A DNA stretch of 64,000 nucleotides from an uncultured Thermoleophilia bacterium (GTDB taxonomy: Bacteria; Actinomycetota; Thermoleophilia; UBA2241), in NCBI GenBank assembly GCA_963765635.1, contig CAVXXF010000004.1:379610-443609 (forward strand), written 5' to 3'. Both the position numbers and the translations under genes were made by a program. The first letter of the stretch is position 1; each line of letters begins with the position of its first letter. The notes beneath the pieces are model-generated. The model was not told where the DNA came from. It saw only the letters and a list, made by a program, of their open reading frames with translations, and did not search any database. Positions 38,034 through 47,752 of this stretch are shown here, one piece after another.

Positions 38034-39280
38034 TGCGGACGCCGCACAAGAAGCTCCTCGTGGTCGCCAATCCGTACCCGCCCATGGCCAGCGCCGGCAC
38101 CACGCGCGTGGTGCGCTTTCTGCGCCACCTCCCGGAGTACGGCTGGGAGCCGGCGGTGCTCGCGGCGAAGGCCGCCGGGCCGGCGGCAGAGCCGCCCGGC
38201 GTGCGCGTGGTCCGTACCCCTGTGCCGTGGCCCAGGCAGCTCCTCGGCGGCGGCAAGCGCAGCACGCGCGTCAACAGCTGGGTAAGCGTGCCCGATCCCT
38301 ACGTCACGTGGGTCGGGCCGGCCGTGCTCAAGGGCCGCGACATTCTGCGCCGCGAGCGCTTCGACGCCATCTTCTCGAGCTCGCCGCGGCCCAGCGTGCA
38401 TCTTGTGGCGGCCACGCTGGCGCGCCTGTCCGGTCTGCCGTGGCTGGCCGACTACCGTGACCCGTGGTCCACCTACCAGTTCCGTACGTACCCCACCGCG
38501 GCGCACAGGGTTGCCCACGCCCGCCTCGAGGCGTGGGCGCTGCACCACGCCGCCGCCGTCACGGCCGTCAACCTGCCGATCGTCGACGATCTGGTGGATC
38601 GGCACCCCTGGCTCGCCGGGCGCGCTTACGTTCTGCCCAACGGCTTCGACCGCGCCGAGACGCCGGACGACGTCTCTCTCGGCGCGGGCTTCTGGCTCGT
38701 GCACACCGGGCGACTGTACGGCCGCGAGCAGCAAGTGAGCGCGTTCCTCACCGGCCTCGCGGCGCTCCCGCCCGACGTGAAGGCGCTCTTCATCGGCGTC
38801 GACGAGAGCCGCGTGCTGCCCGACGCCGAGCGCCTCGGCCTCGGCGACCGTGTGCGCGTCGAGCCGCTGGTACCGCTCGCCCGCGCTCTGGGGTACCAGC
38901 GCGCGGCCGATGGCCTGCTGCTGGTCAACGGCCGTCGCCCGGAGAGCATGTCGAGCAAGGTGTTCGAGTACCTGCAGGCCGGCCGGCCGGTCTTCGCCAT
39001 CTCGCCGGCCGGCTCCGCCGCCCGCGCCCTGTTCGCCGTGGTCGGGGGCGGCACGTGCGTGCTGCCCGACGACCAGATGGCCGCGCCGCTGGCAGCCTTC
39101 GTGCGCGCGGCCCGCGACGGGAACGCCCCGCTCGCCGACCCGGCGGCCCTGGAGCGCTACGAACTGGGCCGTCTCACCGCCGAGCTGGCCACGCTGCTCG
39201 ACGGACTCTCCGGCGGGCAGCCTGCGGCCGCCGCCGGTCCGACGCTCACCTCCGGGCCCGCTGGTAGGATTTCCGGATGA
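38030..39280 (+). CDS. Glycosyltransferase, GT4-like
   Basis: ATGA overlap with wzx. Begins KLLVVANPYPPMASAGTTRVVRFLRHLPEYGWEP, and the C-terminal half contains SSKVFEYLQAGRPVFAI (the E-x7-E-like region). Only the last 416 codons of ORF 36818..39280 are used. Confidence 0.8.
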   Translation: MMRTPHKKLLVVANPYPPMASAGTTRVVRFLRHLPEYGWEPAVLAAKAAGPAAEPPGVRVVRTPVPWPRQLLGGGKRSTRVNSWVSVPDPYVTWVGPAVLKGRDILRRERFDAIFSSSPRPSVHLVAATLARLSGLPWLADYRDPWSTYQFRTYPTAAHRVAHARLEAWALHHAAAVTAVNLPIVDDLVDRHPWLAGRAYVLPNGFDRAETPDDVSLGAGFWLVHTGRLYGREQQVSAFLTGLAALPPDVKALFIGVDESRVLPDAERLGLGDRVRVEPLVPLARALGYQRAADGLLLVNGRRPESMSSKVFEYLQAGRPVFAISPAGSAARALFAVVGGGTCVLPDDQMAAPLAAFVRAARDGNAPLADPAALERYELGRLTAELATLLDGLSGGQPAAAAGPTLTSGPAGRISG

Positions 39281-40797
39281 GCGCCACCGCCGGACCACGT
39301 ACGGCTGCCGCCCCCGCCGGACGTCGCTTCACCCGTACCGACGTCGCACTGGTCGCCGCCGGTGCGGCCCTCACCGCCGTCTTCGCGGCAATCCTCACGC
39401 GCCGACCTCTCGAGGGCCTGGCCCTGCTGGTCGTGCTCGCGGTGGTCGCCCTGATCCTGCTGAACCGCGAGCGCCTCGCCCGCCTGGATATCGGCGCGCT
39501 TCTCGTGGTGGGCCTCGTGGTGCTGCCTGCGGCAGCGCTGCTCGGCCCATCGTTCGCCATCCCCGGCTTCCCCCAGGCGTTTCTCTTCCGCATCGTCCTG
39601 GCCCTGGTGGTCGCCGTCGGCGTCACGTATCTCGTCGTGCGCCGCGCGCCGCTGCCGTTCGCCGCCAAGGACGTGGCCCTGCCGCTCGCCCTGTGGTTCG
39701 CGTGGCTCTTCATCGGGCTCACCTGGTCGCCCTACAAGGCGGACGCCTTCAACTACATCGCCATCGTCGTCACGATGATCGCGCTGGTGCTGGCCACGGC
39801 GGCCGCGGGAGGCAGCCGCCGTCGCCTCCGCTGGCTCGGCTACACGCTGGTCCTCGCCTACGCCTTCGTCGTCGGGTTCACCGTCCTCGAGGCGCGCCTC
39901 GGCATCCGCCTGCCCACCTCGCGCCTCATCGATGCGGTGACCTCGCAGACCTACGCCGTCACCAGCGTCTTCGTGAACCAGAACGACCTCGCCACCTATC
40001 TGGCCTTCTGCTGGCCGTTCATGCTCTGCGCCTTCTTCTTCACGCGCAGAGCTCTTTGGCTGGTCCTCGACGTGCTCTTCATCCTCGTCGGCGCCGCCGC
40101 CTTCGTGCGCACCGGCTCGCGCTCCAGCCTCGTGGCCGCGGGGGTGTCCACCATCGCCGCCGTCTTCCTCTTCTGGCACCTGGGCGCGCGGCTCTCGGCG
40201 CGCACCGGCAAGATCGTCGGCGCCGTGGTCGCCGTCGTCCTCGTGGTCGCGGCCGGCTATCTACTGTTCAACGACTCGCAGAGCGACATGCTGCGGCAGT
40301 TCCGCCTGGAGGCGCTGATCAGCCAGGCGCAGGCCGGCAAGGGCTCCGGTGACATCCGCAGCAGCCTGACGAGCCGCGGCCTGGAGATCGCCGGCGGAAG
40401 CTTCCTTCTCGGCGCCGGGCCGGGCCAGGCCGAGAGCATCATCTCCTCGGGGACCAACGCGCTCGGCATCTCCAACCTGCATAACTGGTGGTTCGAGACC
40501 TATGCGGACGGCGGTCTGGTGGGCTTCGCCCTGCACCTCATCTTCTTCCTGTTCCTGGTGATCGCGCTGTGGCCCATCGCGCGGCGCGACCCAGACACCC
40601 TGACCCGATTCCTGGCCAGCGGCACCGTGCTCGCCCTGCTGGGATGGACCATCGGCGCCGTGGGTCCAAGCAGCTCGGTGAGCTTCGCCCCGGTGTGGAT
40701 CCTGTACGGGCTGGGGCTGGCCGTGATCTCGCGCGCGCGGCTGGCGGCGGCCGAGACGCGGCCAGGACCGGCCGCCGGCGCAGGGACAGACGCGTGA
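39277..40797 (+). CDS. O-antigen ligase/polymerase family membrane protein (Wzy_C-like)
   Basis: 506-aa ORF with about 10-12 TM helices and the segment RTGSRSSLVAAGVSTIAAVFLF followed by a large loop, as in Wzy_C proteins. ATGA overlap upstream. Confidence 0.75.
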   Translation: MSATAGPRTAAAPAGRRFTRTDVALVAAGAALTAVFAAILTRRPLEGLALLVVLAVVALILLNRERLARLDIGALLVVGLVVLPAAALLGPSFAIPGFPQAFLFRIVLALVVAVGVTYLVVRRAPLPFAAKDVALPLALWFAWLFIGLTWSPYKADAFNYIAIVVTMIALVLATAAAGGSRRRLRWLGYTLVLAYAFVVGFTVLEARLGIRLPTSRLIDAVTSQTYAVTSVFVNQNDLATYLAFCWPFMLCAFFFTRRALWLVLDVLFILVGAAAFVRTGSRSSLVAAGVSTIAAVFLFWHLGARLSARTGKIVGAVVAVVLVVAAGYLLFNDSQSDMLRQFRLEALISQAQAGKGSGDIRSSLTSRGLEIAGGSFLLGAGPGQAESIISSGTNALGISNLHNWWFETYADGGLVGFALHLIFFLFLVIALWPIARRDPDTLTRFLASGTVLALLGWTIGAVGPSSSVSFAPVWILYGLGLAVISRARLAAAETRPGPAAGAGTDA

Positions 40798-41969
40798 GAG
40801 TCCTCGTCGTCTCGCACCTGTACCCGTCCCCCGGCGTGGACCGGCACCTCTTCGTGCACGAGCAGGTCCTGGCGCTGCGCGCGCTCGGTGTCGAGGCGCA
40901 GGTGCTCTCGCCGACGCCGTGGGTGCCACGCGTTCTCTGGCGCGACGCGCGCCAGAAGCGCCGCGGCCAGAAGCCACGCCAAGCGGTGCGCGACGGTATC
41001 CGCGCCGAGTACCCGCGCGTGCTGCAGCCGCCGAGGCGCCTGCTCTTCGACCGCCTCGGCGACCTCGCCTACAACAGCGTGCGCCGCCTGCCTTCCCTCC
41101 GCGACGGGCACTACGACCTCCTGCACGCCCACCAGGCGCTGCCCGACGGCGCCCTGGCGCAGCGCCTCGCCGGCGACCTCGGCCTGCCGTACGTGGTCAC
41201 CGTGCACGGCGCCGACGTGTACCAGCACTTCCGCCACGGCGGCGCCGTCGAGCGCCGCGCCAAGGACGTGCTCTCGAGCGCCGCTGCGGTGATGGCCAAC
41301 TCGAGCGCCGTCGCCGGGCTGCTCGCCGGCGTCGTCGCACCCGAGCGCCTGAGCGTAGTGCTGAACGGCACCACGGGGCTCGGGCGCGAGGTCCGGCCGG
41401 CGGCGGACTACCTGCCCGGCGAACCGCTCGTGCTCACGGTGGGCTACCTCATCGAGCGCAAGGGCCTGCGCGAGCTGGTCGCGGCCATCGGGCGGCTGCG
41501 CGCCGGTGGTCACCGCGTCAACCTCGCGGTCGTCGGCGACGGCCCGCTTCGCGACGCGCTCGCCGCGCAGGCTGAGGCCGATGGTGTCTCCGACGCCGTT
41601 CACTTCCTCGGCCGCGTGCCGCACGAGCGTGTGCTCGCCCTCATGGCCCGTGCCGACATCTTCGCGCTGCCCAGCTGGGACGAGGCGTTCGGCCTCGTCT
41701 ATACGGAGGCCATGGCCCAAGGCACGCCGGTGATCGCCGGCGAGGGCGAGGGACCCGAGGACTTCATCGACGACCACGTCAGCGGCTACCTTGCCCCGGT
41801 TCGCGACGCCGGGGCGCTCGCGGGTATCATCGCAGAGGTGCTCGATGACCCCGTGGCTGCAGCCGCCGTGGGCGCAGCCGGCAAGGCGGCCGCGCTCGCC
41901 CTGAGCTGGGAGCGCAACGCCGGCCTCGCGCTGGGCGTCTACGAGAAGGTCCTGCGTCCGGCGCCCTGA
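40794..41969 (+). CDS. Glycosyltransferase family 4
   Basis: GTGA overlap. Contains VRVLVVSHLYPSPGVDRHLFVHEQVLAL, TVHGADVY, and PSWDEAFGLVYTEAMAQGTPVIAGEGEGPEDFI (Glycos_transf_1 signature). Confidence 0.85.
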   Translation: MRVLVVSHLYPSPGVDRHLFVHEQVLALRALGVEAQVLSPTPWVPRVLWRDARQKRRGQKPRQAVRDGIRAEYPRVLQPPRRLLFDRLGDLAYNSVRRLPSLRDGHYDLLHAHQALPDGALAQRLAGDLGLPYVVTVHGADVYQHFRHGGAVERRAKDVLSSAAAVMANSSAVAGLLAGVVAPERLSVVLNGTTGLGREVRPAADYLPGEPLVLTVGYLIERKGLRELVAAIGRLRAGGHRVNLAVVGDGPLRDALAAQAEADGVSDAVHFLGRVPHERVLALMARADIFALPSWDEAFGLVYTEAMAQGTPVIAGEGEGPEDFIDDHVSGYLAPVRDAGALAGIIAEVLDDPVAAAAVGAAGKAAALALSWERNAGLALGVYEKVLRPAP

Positions 41970-41979
41970 AAGGACCACC

Positions 41980-43200
41980 ATGCGCTTCAACAAGTTCCTC
42001 AAGGCCGCGCAAGAGCGTCACCCGGCGATCGTGCTGCAGGTCTCCTGGGCCAACGGGCTCGACATCATCCGCGACCTCGCGACCGCCGATGTGCCTCTGC
42101 TCGCCATCGACGACAACCCGCGTGCCCTGGGCCTGCACTCGCGGCTCGCCGCCGGGATGGTGTGCCCCGACCCGCGCGAAGACGAGGAAGCCTTCGTCGT
42201 CTTCCTCGAGCAGCTCGGGCGTCGCCTGCCGCGGCGCGCCGTGCTCTTCCCGACGCACGACCAGTACATCTGGCCCATCTCCCGGCACGCAAGCCGCCTG
42301 GAGCCCTGGTACCTCATCCCGTTCTCCCGCTGGGAGACGATGCAGCGACTGCACGACAAGCGCGAGCAGCTCGAGACCGCGCAGCGCGTCGGCGTGGACA
42401 TCCCGAAGACCGTGTTCGTGGACGGCGACGACGATCTCGCCCGCGGTGCCGACGAGATCGGCTTCCCGGCGATCTTCAAGCCCGTCGAATCGCTGGCCTT
42501 CAAGACCCGCTTTCGCCGCCACGTCCTCGAGATCGCCTCTCGCGACGAGCTGCTGCGCGTGTACGACAAGGTGCGCGACTGCGGCACGCTGATGCTGCAG
42601 GACATCGTGCCCGGCGGCGACGAAGAGCTGTATACCCTGGGGTCGTATCTGGACGCCCAGTCGCGACCGCTGGCGCAGTTCACCGGGCACAAGCTGCGCC
42701 AGCACCCCCCGCGCTTCGGCCACGTGAGCATGGCGGTGAGCCTGTGGGTGCCCGAGCTCGCGGAGGCAGGCCTGCGCCTGCTGCACGAGCTCGGGTACCA
42801 CGGCGTCAGCCAGGTCGAGTTCAAGCGCGATCCGCGCGACGGCCGCTACCGTCTCATGGAGGTCAACGCACGTCACTGGATGTGGCACAGCCTGGCCACC
42901 GCCTGTGGCGTCAACCTCTCCCTGACCGCCTACCGGGACGCCATCGGCGACCCCTACGTGGCGCGCCGCCAGAACGACGGTCTCAAATGGGTCGTGTCGC
43001 TCACCGACGCCCGCGACGCCTTCTCCCGCTGGCGCAAAGGCGACGAGAAGCTGCTCCCGTGGCTCAAGTCCTATCGCGGCGTCACGGTCGACGGCCTGTT
43101 CTCCCTCAAGGACCCCATGCCCGGAGCCCTGCTCACGGCGCGGCAGGTGCGTACCATGGTCACGCGCAAGGGGCGCCCGCACGAAGGCGAGGCGCCTTGA
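41980..43200 (+). CDS. ATP-grasp carboxylate-amine ligase (COG3919-like), copy 1
   Basis: 406-aa ORF containing HDKREQLETAQRVGVDIPKT, FPAIFKPVESLAFKTRF, LMLQDIVPGGDEELYTLGSY and GVSQVEFKRDPRDGRYRLMEVNARHW (Mg/ATP-binding E-x-N). Confidence 0.8.
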   Translation: MRFNKFLKAAQERHPAIVLQVSWANGLDIIRDLATADVPLLAIDDNPRALGLHSRLAAGMVCPDPREDEEAFVVFLEQLGRRLPRRAVLFPTHDQYIWPISRHASRLEPWYLIPFSRWETMQRLHDKREQLETAQRVGVDIPKTVFVDGDDDLARGADEIGFPAIFKPVESLAFKTRFRRHVLEIASRDELLRVYDKVRDCGTLMLQDIVPGGDEELYTLGSYLDAQSRPLAQFTGHKLRQHPPRFGHVSMAVSLWVPELAEAGLRLLHELGYHGVSQVEFKRDPRDGRYRLMEVNARHWMWHSLATACGVNLSLTAYRDAIGDPYVARRQNDGLKWVVSLTDARDAFSRWRKGDEKLLPWLKSYRGVTVDGLFSLKDPMPGALLTARQVRTMVTRKGRPHEGEAP

Positions 43201-44411
43201 GGTTCGAACGGTTCGCGCGGGCGGCGGCGGCGCAGCCTCCCGCCGCCGTCTTCCAGGTGAGCTACTCCTGCGGCCTGGGCGTCATCCGCGACCTCGGCCT
43301 CCACGGCGTACCGGTGCTGGCGCTCGACGCCGACCCCGCCGCCATCGGCCTGCGGTCGCGCTACGCCACCGGCCGCGTGTGCCCCGACCCGCTCGCCGAC
43401 GAAGAGGCCTTCCTCACCTGGCTCGAAGTGCTCGGCGCGCAGCTGCCGCGACGCGCCGTCGTCTTCCCCAGCCACGACGAGTACATCTGGCCGCTCTCGC
43501 GCCACGCCGAGCGGCTCGCCCCCTGGTACATCGTCCCCTTCTCGCGCTGGGACGCGATGCAACGCGTGCACGACAAGCGCGCCCAGATGGAGGCCGCCTG
43601 GCGCGCCGGCGTCGATACGCCGAAGACCGTCTTCGTGAGCTCCGGCGCGGAGCTCGAGGCCGCCGCCGGCGAGGTGCCCTTCCCGGCCGTGCTCAAGCCC
43701 GTCGAGTCGCTGGCCTTCAAGCTGCGCTTTCACCGCCATATCCTCGACGTCGAGAGCCCGGCCGACCTGCAGCGCATCTACGACAAGGTCGACGACCTCG
43801 GCACGCTCATCCTGCAGGAGCGGATCCCCGGCGGCGAAGACGAGCTCTGGACGGTCGGCTCGTACCTCGACGCCGGCTCGCGGCCCCTGGCCGTGTTCAG
43901 CGGCCACAAGCTGCGCCAGTACCCGCACGCCGGCGGCAGCTGCCTCGCCGGCGTGAGCGCGTGGCGCGACGACCTCGCCGAAGCCGCCCTGCGACTGCTC
44001 CAGGAGCTTCGCTTCCACGGGGTCAGCCAGGTGGAGTTCAAGCGCGACCCGCGTGACGGGCGCTTCTGCCTCATGGAGGTCAACGCCCGCCACTGGAAGT
44101 GGCACGGGCTCGCGGCTGCCTGCGGCGTGAACCTCTCGCTGGCCGCCTACCGCGACGCCATCGGCGAGCCATTCGTAGCGCCTCGCCAGGCCGACGGCGT
44201 CAAGTGGATCGTCGCCAACAAGGACGTGCCGCTGGCGCTGCTCGAGATCGCGAAGCGGCAGCGGCGCGCCGGCGAGTACCTCGGCTCGCTGCGCGGTACG
44301 CGTATCGACGGACTGCACTCGCTGCGCGATCCGCTGCCGGGCCTGCTGAACGCGCTCACCGTGACGAAGCAGGTCGTGACGCGGGCGCCTCGGGCGAGGG
44401 CTGACGTTTGA
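43197..44411 (+). CDS. ATP-grasp carboxylate-amine ligase (COG3919-like), copy 2
   Basis: TTG start in a TTGA overlap. Collinear with copy 1 at roughly 55-65% identity by eye, with the same FKRDPRDGRFCLMEVNARHW motif. Confidence 0.8.
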   Translation: MRFERFARAAAAQPPAAVFQVSYSCGLGVIRDLGLHGVPVLALDADPAAIGLRSRYATGRVCPDPLADEEAFLTWLEVLGAQLPRRAVVFPSHDEYIWPLSRHAERLAPWYIVPFSRWDAMQRVHDKRAQMEAAWRAGVDTPKTVFVSSGAELEAAAGEVPFPAVLKPVESLAFKLRFHRHILDVESPADLQRIYDKVDDLGTLILQERIPGGEDELWTVGSYLDAGSRPLAVFSGHKLRQYPHAGGSCLAGVSAWRDDLAEAALRLLQELRFHGVSQVEFKRDPRDGRFCLMEVNARHWKWHGLAAACGVNLSLAAYRDAIGEPFVAPRQADGVKWIVANKDVPLALLEIAKRQRRAGEYLGSLRGTRIDGLHSLRDPLPGLLNALTVTKQVVTRAPRARADV

Positions 44412-45901
44412 CCCTGCCCGAGCTTGTCGTCTCCGTCGACGCGCCCGACGGCTTTCTGCGGCGCGCACAGTGGGCCCTCGACACGATGCTGGCGCCGCTG
44501 GGGTGCCGGGCCGCGCTGACGCGCGACCCGGCACGGTCCGCCGGCGCCGCCCTTGCCTACGCCGCGACGCCCGTCGCGGGCGTACCGACCATCCCGTGCA
44601 GCGCCGCGGCCCTCGAACTCTTCACCGCAGGGCGGCCGCTTCCGGGCGGCGCCTTCGCGGCACTGGCGTGCGGCGGCGGCCCCGCCGTCGCCGCCTTCCC
44701 CGCGGAGCCCGGCGCCGGCTTCGCCGTCCCCTTCGACCTCGTCGCCTCTGCTTTCGTCCTGCTCGCCTGCTGGGACGAACGCACGACCGCCGTGCGCGAC
44801 CAGTATGGCCGCCTGCCGTACTCGGCCGGCGTGTTCGCCGCCAACCCCGCCCTGCTCATCGACGAGCCCGCCGTCGACAGGTACGTCGAGCTCCTCCGCG
44901 CCGTGCTCGCGCCCCGCCTCTCCGGGCTGGGCCTCGCGCCCCTGCCTCCGGCCGGCTGGATGTGGGCCGCCGGAGGCACGGAGGCGGGCTCCTCAGGCGG
45001 CCGCTTCGCCGTCGCCCTCACCCACGACCTGGACAACCTGTGGCGCTGGACGAGGCGCGGATTCGCCGCTGCCGGGTACCGCACGGCTCGCGCCGTGCGC
45101 CGCGGCGACGGCGGCGCCGCGCGCCGCGAGCTCGGCGACGGTGCCGACTGGCTCGTGCGCCATCTGCCGCGCCGCAGCGACCCTTTCTGGACCTTCCCCT
45201 CGATCCTCGGCGGCGAAGACGTCCGTGGCGTCTCGTCGACGTTCTTCGTCATCGCCCGGCATACGCACGAACGGGACGGCAACCAGCCGGAGACCTACCG
45301 GCGTCGCATCCCCGAGGCTCTGAGCCTCGTGCGCGCCGCCGGGCGCGAGGTCGGCCTGCACGGCAACGACGCCGACCGCCTGGGGGCCGAGCCGCTCTCG
45401 CGCGACCGCGACGACCTGCAGCAGCGCGCCGGCGACCCCGTGACCGGCATCCGCTACCACTACCTGCGCGCCCTCTATCACGAGACGCTGCCGTATCTCG
45501 AGGCGGCAGGGTTCGACTACGACACGTCGCTGGCCTTCGCCGAGCACGAGGGCTTCCGCTGCGGCTGCTCGTTCCCGTTCCGTCCTTACTCGCTCGCCGA
45601 CGAACGGCCCCTCGATCTGATCGAGCTTCCCCTTGCCGTCATGGACGGCACCCTGCAGGAGCCGCACTACCGAGCCCTGGCGGCGCCGGAGGCCGAGCGC
45701 GCCGCCGCCGCGGTGCTCGCCCGCGCCCTGCGCAGCGGGGGCGCGGTCAGCCTGCTCTGGCACAACAACCGCTTCGATCGGCGCGTCTCTCGCGGCTACG
45801 ACGCGGTCTACTGGCATCTGGTCGATCAGGCGCTGGACCACGGGGCCTGGTGCGGCCGTGCGCGGGACGTCGTTGCGCGCTGGAGAGAGGCGACGTCGTG
45901 A
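44408..45901 (+). CDS. Polysaccharide deacetylase-like (CE4-related) protein with N-terminal extra domain
   Basis: TTG start in a TTGA overlap. FAVALTHDLDNLW, FFVIARH, GREVGLHGN and LLWHNNRF resemble the metal/catalytic motifs of CE4-type deacetylases. Confidence 0.65.
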   Translation: MTLPELVVSVDAPDGFLRRAQWALDTMLAPLGCRAALTRDPARSAGAALAYAATPVAGVPTIPCSAAALELFTAGRPLPGGAFAALACGGGPAVAAFPAEPGAGFAVPFDLVASAFVLLACWDERTTAVRDQYGRLPYSAGVFAANPALLIDEPAVDRYVELLRAVLAPRLSGLGLAPLPPAGWMWAAGGTEAGSSGGRFAVALTHDLDNLWRWTRRGFAAAGYRTARAVRRGDGGAARRELGDGADWLVRHLPRRSDPFWTFPSILGGEDVRGVSSTFFVIARHTHERDGNQPETYRRRIPEALSLVRAAGREVGLHGNDADRLGAEPLSRDRDDLQQRAGDPVTGIRYHYLRALYHETLPYLEAAGFDYDTSLAFAEHEGFRCGCSFPFRPYSLADERPLDLIELPLAVMDGTLQEPHYRALAAPEAERAAAAVLARALRSGGAVSLLWHNNRFDRRVSRGYDAVYWHLVDQALDHGAWCGRARDVVARWREATS

Positions 45902-47031
45902 TCCGCGTCGTCCACCTCTCGGTCGTCCACAAGCCCGACGACCCCCGCATCCACGAGCGCGAGTGTCGCACGCTCGCCGAGGCCGGTTACGCGGTCATGT
46001 ACCTGGCGCCGGGCGCCGGGCGTGGCCGCGACGCGCACGGCGTGCTCCTGGCGCCGCTGCCGGTGCGCGGCCGCAGTACCCGGTTCCTCGACGTTGTCGA
46101 GATCGCCCAGGCCCTGCGCGCCCTGCGACCCCACGTGCTGCACGTGCACGATCCCGAGCTGCTGACGCTGTTCCCCGCGCTCAAGCCCTTCATCCCGCGG
46201 CTCGTCTACGACATGCACGAATACGTGCCGGAGGCCGTGGCGGGCAAGCACTACATCCCCGCGGCGGCGCGGCCGTTCGCCGCGCAGGCGACCGCCACCG
46301 CCCAGAGAAGCCTGGCGGCGCGGGGCAGCGGCGTGGTGGTGGTCACCGACGAGCAGCTCGAAGCGCTGGGCAGCACGCCGAAGCTCCGCCTCGTGCTGCC
46401 CAACTACCCACGCCTCGAGCGCTTCGACGGCGCGGAGCCGCTGCCGCACCTGGCCGCCGATCCGCGCCTCAAGTTGGCCTACGTCGGCAGCCTGTCTCGC
46501 GGCCGCGGCTGCGCCCTGATGCTCGACGTCATGGAGCAGCTGGACGTGGGCGAGGCCGTGCTCTACCTCGGCGGCACCTTCGCCTCCCCCGACATGGAGG
46601 AGGAGACGCGCCGCCGCCTCGCCGCCGGGCTCGGCGACCGCGTGAAGCTGCTCGGCCGCGTGCCACCGGCCGAACTGCCGCGCTACCTCGCCGCCGCGGA
46701 CGTGGTCTGGATCCCTTCGGTGCCCACCGTGCAGTACGCGCACCCCACGATCCCCACCAAGCTGCTCGAAGGCATGGCCATGGGCCTCGCCGCACTGGTG
46801 ACGGACCTGCCGGGACGCGGCGAGCTCGTGCGCCTCGAGCAGTGCGGCGTCGCCGTGGAGCCCGGCGTGGAGGGCCACCTGCACGGCCTGCGCCGCCTGC
46901 TTGGGGACCGCGCGTCGCTCCCCGCCATGGGCGCGCGCGGCCGCCGCGCCGTGGCGCAGCGCTTCTGCTGGGAGGTCGTCGCGGGCGATTTGGTAGACTT
47001 CTACGGTTCACTCTGCGCCGGGCTGGCGTAG
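45898..47031 (+). CDS. Glycosyltransferase family 4
   Basis: GTGA overlap. Contains VIRVVHLSVVHKPDDPRIHERECRTLAEAGY and IPTKLLEGMAMGLAALVTDLPG. Only the last 377 codons of ORF 44470..47031 are used. Confidence 0.8.
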   Translation: MIRVVHLSVVHKPDDPRIHERECRTLAEAGYAVMYLAPGAGRGRDAHGVLLAPLPVRGRSTRFLDVVEIAQALRALRPHVLHVHDPELLTLFPALKPFIPRLVYDMHEYVPEAVAGKHYIPAAARPFAAQATATAQRSLAARGSGVVVVTDEQLEALGSTPKLRLVLPNYPRLERFDGAEPLPHLAADPRLKLAYVGSLSRGRGCALMLDVMEQLDVGEAVLYLGGTFASPDMEEETRRRLAAGLGDRVKLLGRVPPAELPRYLAAADVVWIPSVPTVQYAHPTIPTKLLEGMAMGLAALVTDLPGRGELVRLEQCGVAVEPGVEGHLHGLRRLLGDRASLPAMGARGRRAVAQRFCWEVVAGDLVDFYGSLCAGLA

Positions 47032-47088
47032 CCGCACCCGGCGCAGCTCGACCCGACACACAACGTCTCACCGAGGGGAGTACCTCAC

Positions 47089-47727
47089 GTGAGCATCGAA
47101 CGCTTCGACAACGTGCTCGTCCTGGCGCCGCACACCGACGACGGCGAATTCGGCTGTGGCGGCACCATGGCGCGCCTCATCGAGAATGGCGTCAAGGTCA
47201 CCTACGCCGCCTTCAGCACCGCCGCCAAGAGCGTCCCGGAGGGCTTCCCCAAAGACGTCCTCAAGCGCGAGGTCCGCGCCGCGACCGGCGTGCTCGGCAT
47301 CCCTCAGGGCGACCTCAAGGTCTACGACTTCGAGGTCCGCATGTTCCCGACCCTGCGTCAGGACATCCTCGAAGAGATGATCGTCCTGCAGCAGGAGCTC
47401 GACCCCGATTGCGTGCTGCTGCCGGCGCTCATCGACCTTCATCAGGACCACAAGACGATCGCCGAAGAGGGACTGCGCGCGTTCAAGCGCACCACCGTGA
47501 TGGCCTACGAGATCCCCTGGAACAACCTCAACTTCCAGCAGCAGGCCTACGTGCGGCTCGAGGAACGCCACGTCGAGAAGAAGGTGGAAGCCCTGGCCTG
47601 TTACGAGAGCCAGGGCCACCGCAACTACACGCGCGAGGACTACATCCGCAACGTCGCCCTCACGCGCGGCATCAACATCGGTTGCGAGTTCGCCGAGGTG
47701 TTCGAGGTCTACCGCTGGATCATGTAG
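47089..47727 (+). CDS. PIG-L/LmbE family N-acetylglucosaminyl deacetylase
   Basis: VLVLAPHTDDGEFGCGGTMARL (the PIG-L AHPDD-type motif) and HQDH further on. GTG start after GAGGGGAG. Confidence 0.85.
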   Translation: MSIERFDNVLVLAPHTDDGEFGCGGTMARLIENGVKVTYAAFSTAAKSVPEGFPKDVLKREVRAATGVLGIPQGDLKVYDFEVRMFPTLRQDILEEMIVLQQELDPDCVLLPALIDLHQDHKTIAEEGLRAFKRTTVMAYEIPWNNLNFQQQAYVRLEERHVEKKVEALACYESQGHRNYTREDYIRNVALTRGINIGCEFAEVFEVYRWIM

Positions 47728-47752
47728 CGACCCGCCGCGCGCGGCCCGCACT

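Noticed and set aside
36818-39280. 820-aa plus-strand ORF
   Set aside because: The first ~400 codons are an off-frame reading of wzx (R/A/P/G-rich). The real gene is the GT4 starting at ATG 38030 in an ATGA overlap.
37868-44534. Long minus-strand ORFs 37868..39298, 39157..40179, 40500..42002, 41827..43182 and 43071..44534
   Set aside because: All are antisense to motif-bearing plus-strand genes of the glycan locus. Their composition is low-complexity (R/G/A/V/H/D/E-rich), typical of shadow frames.
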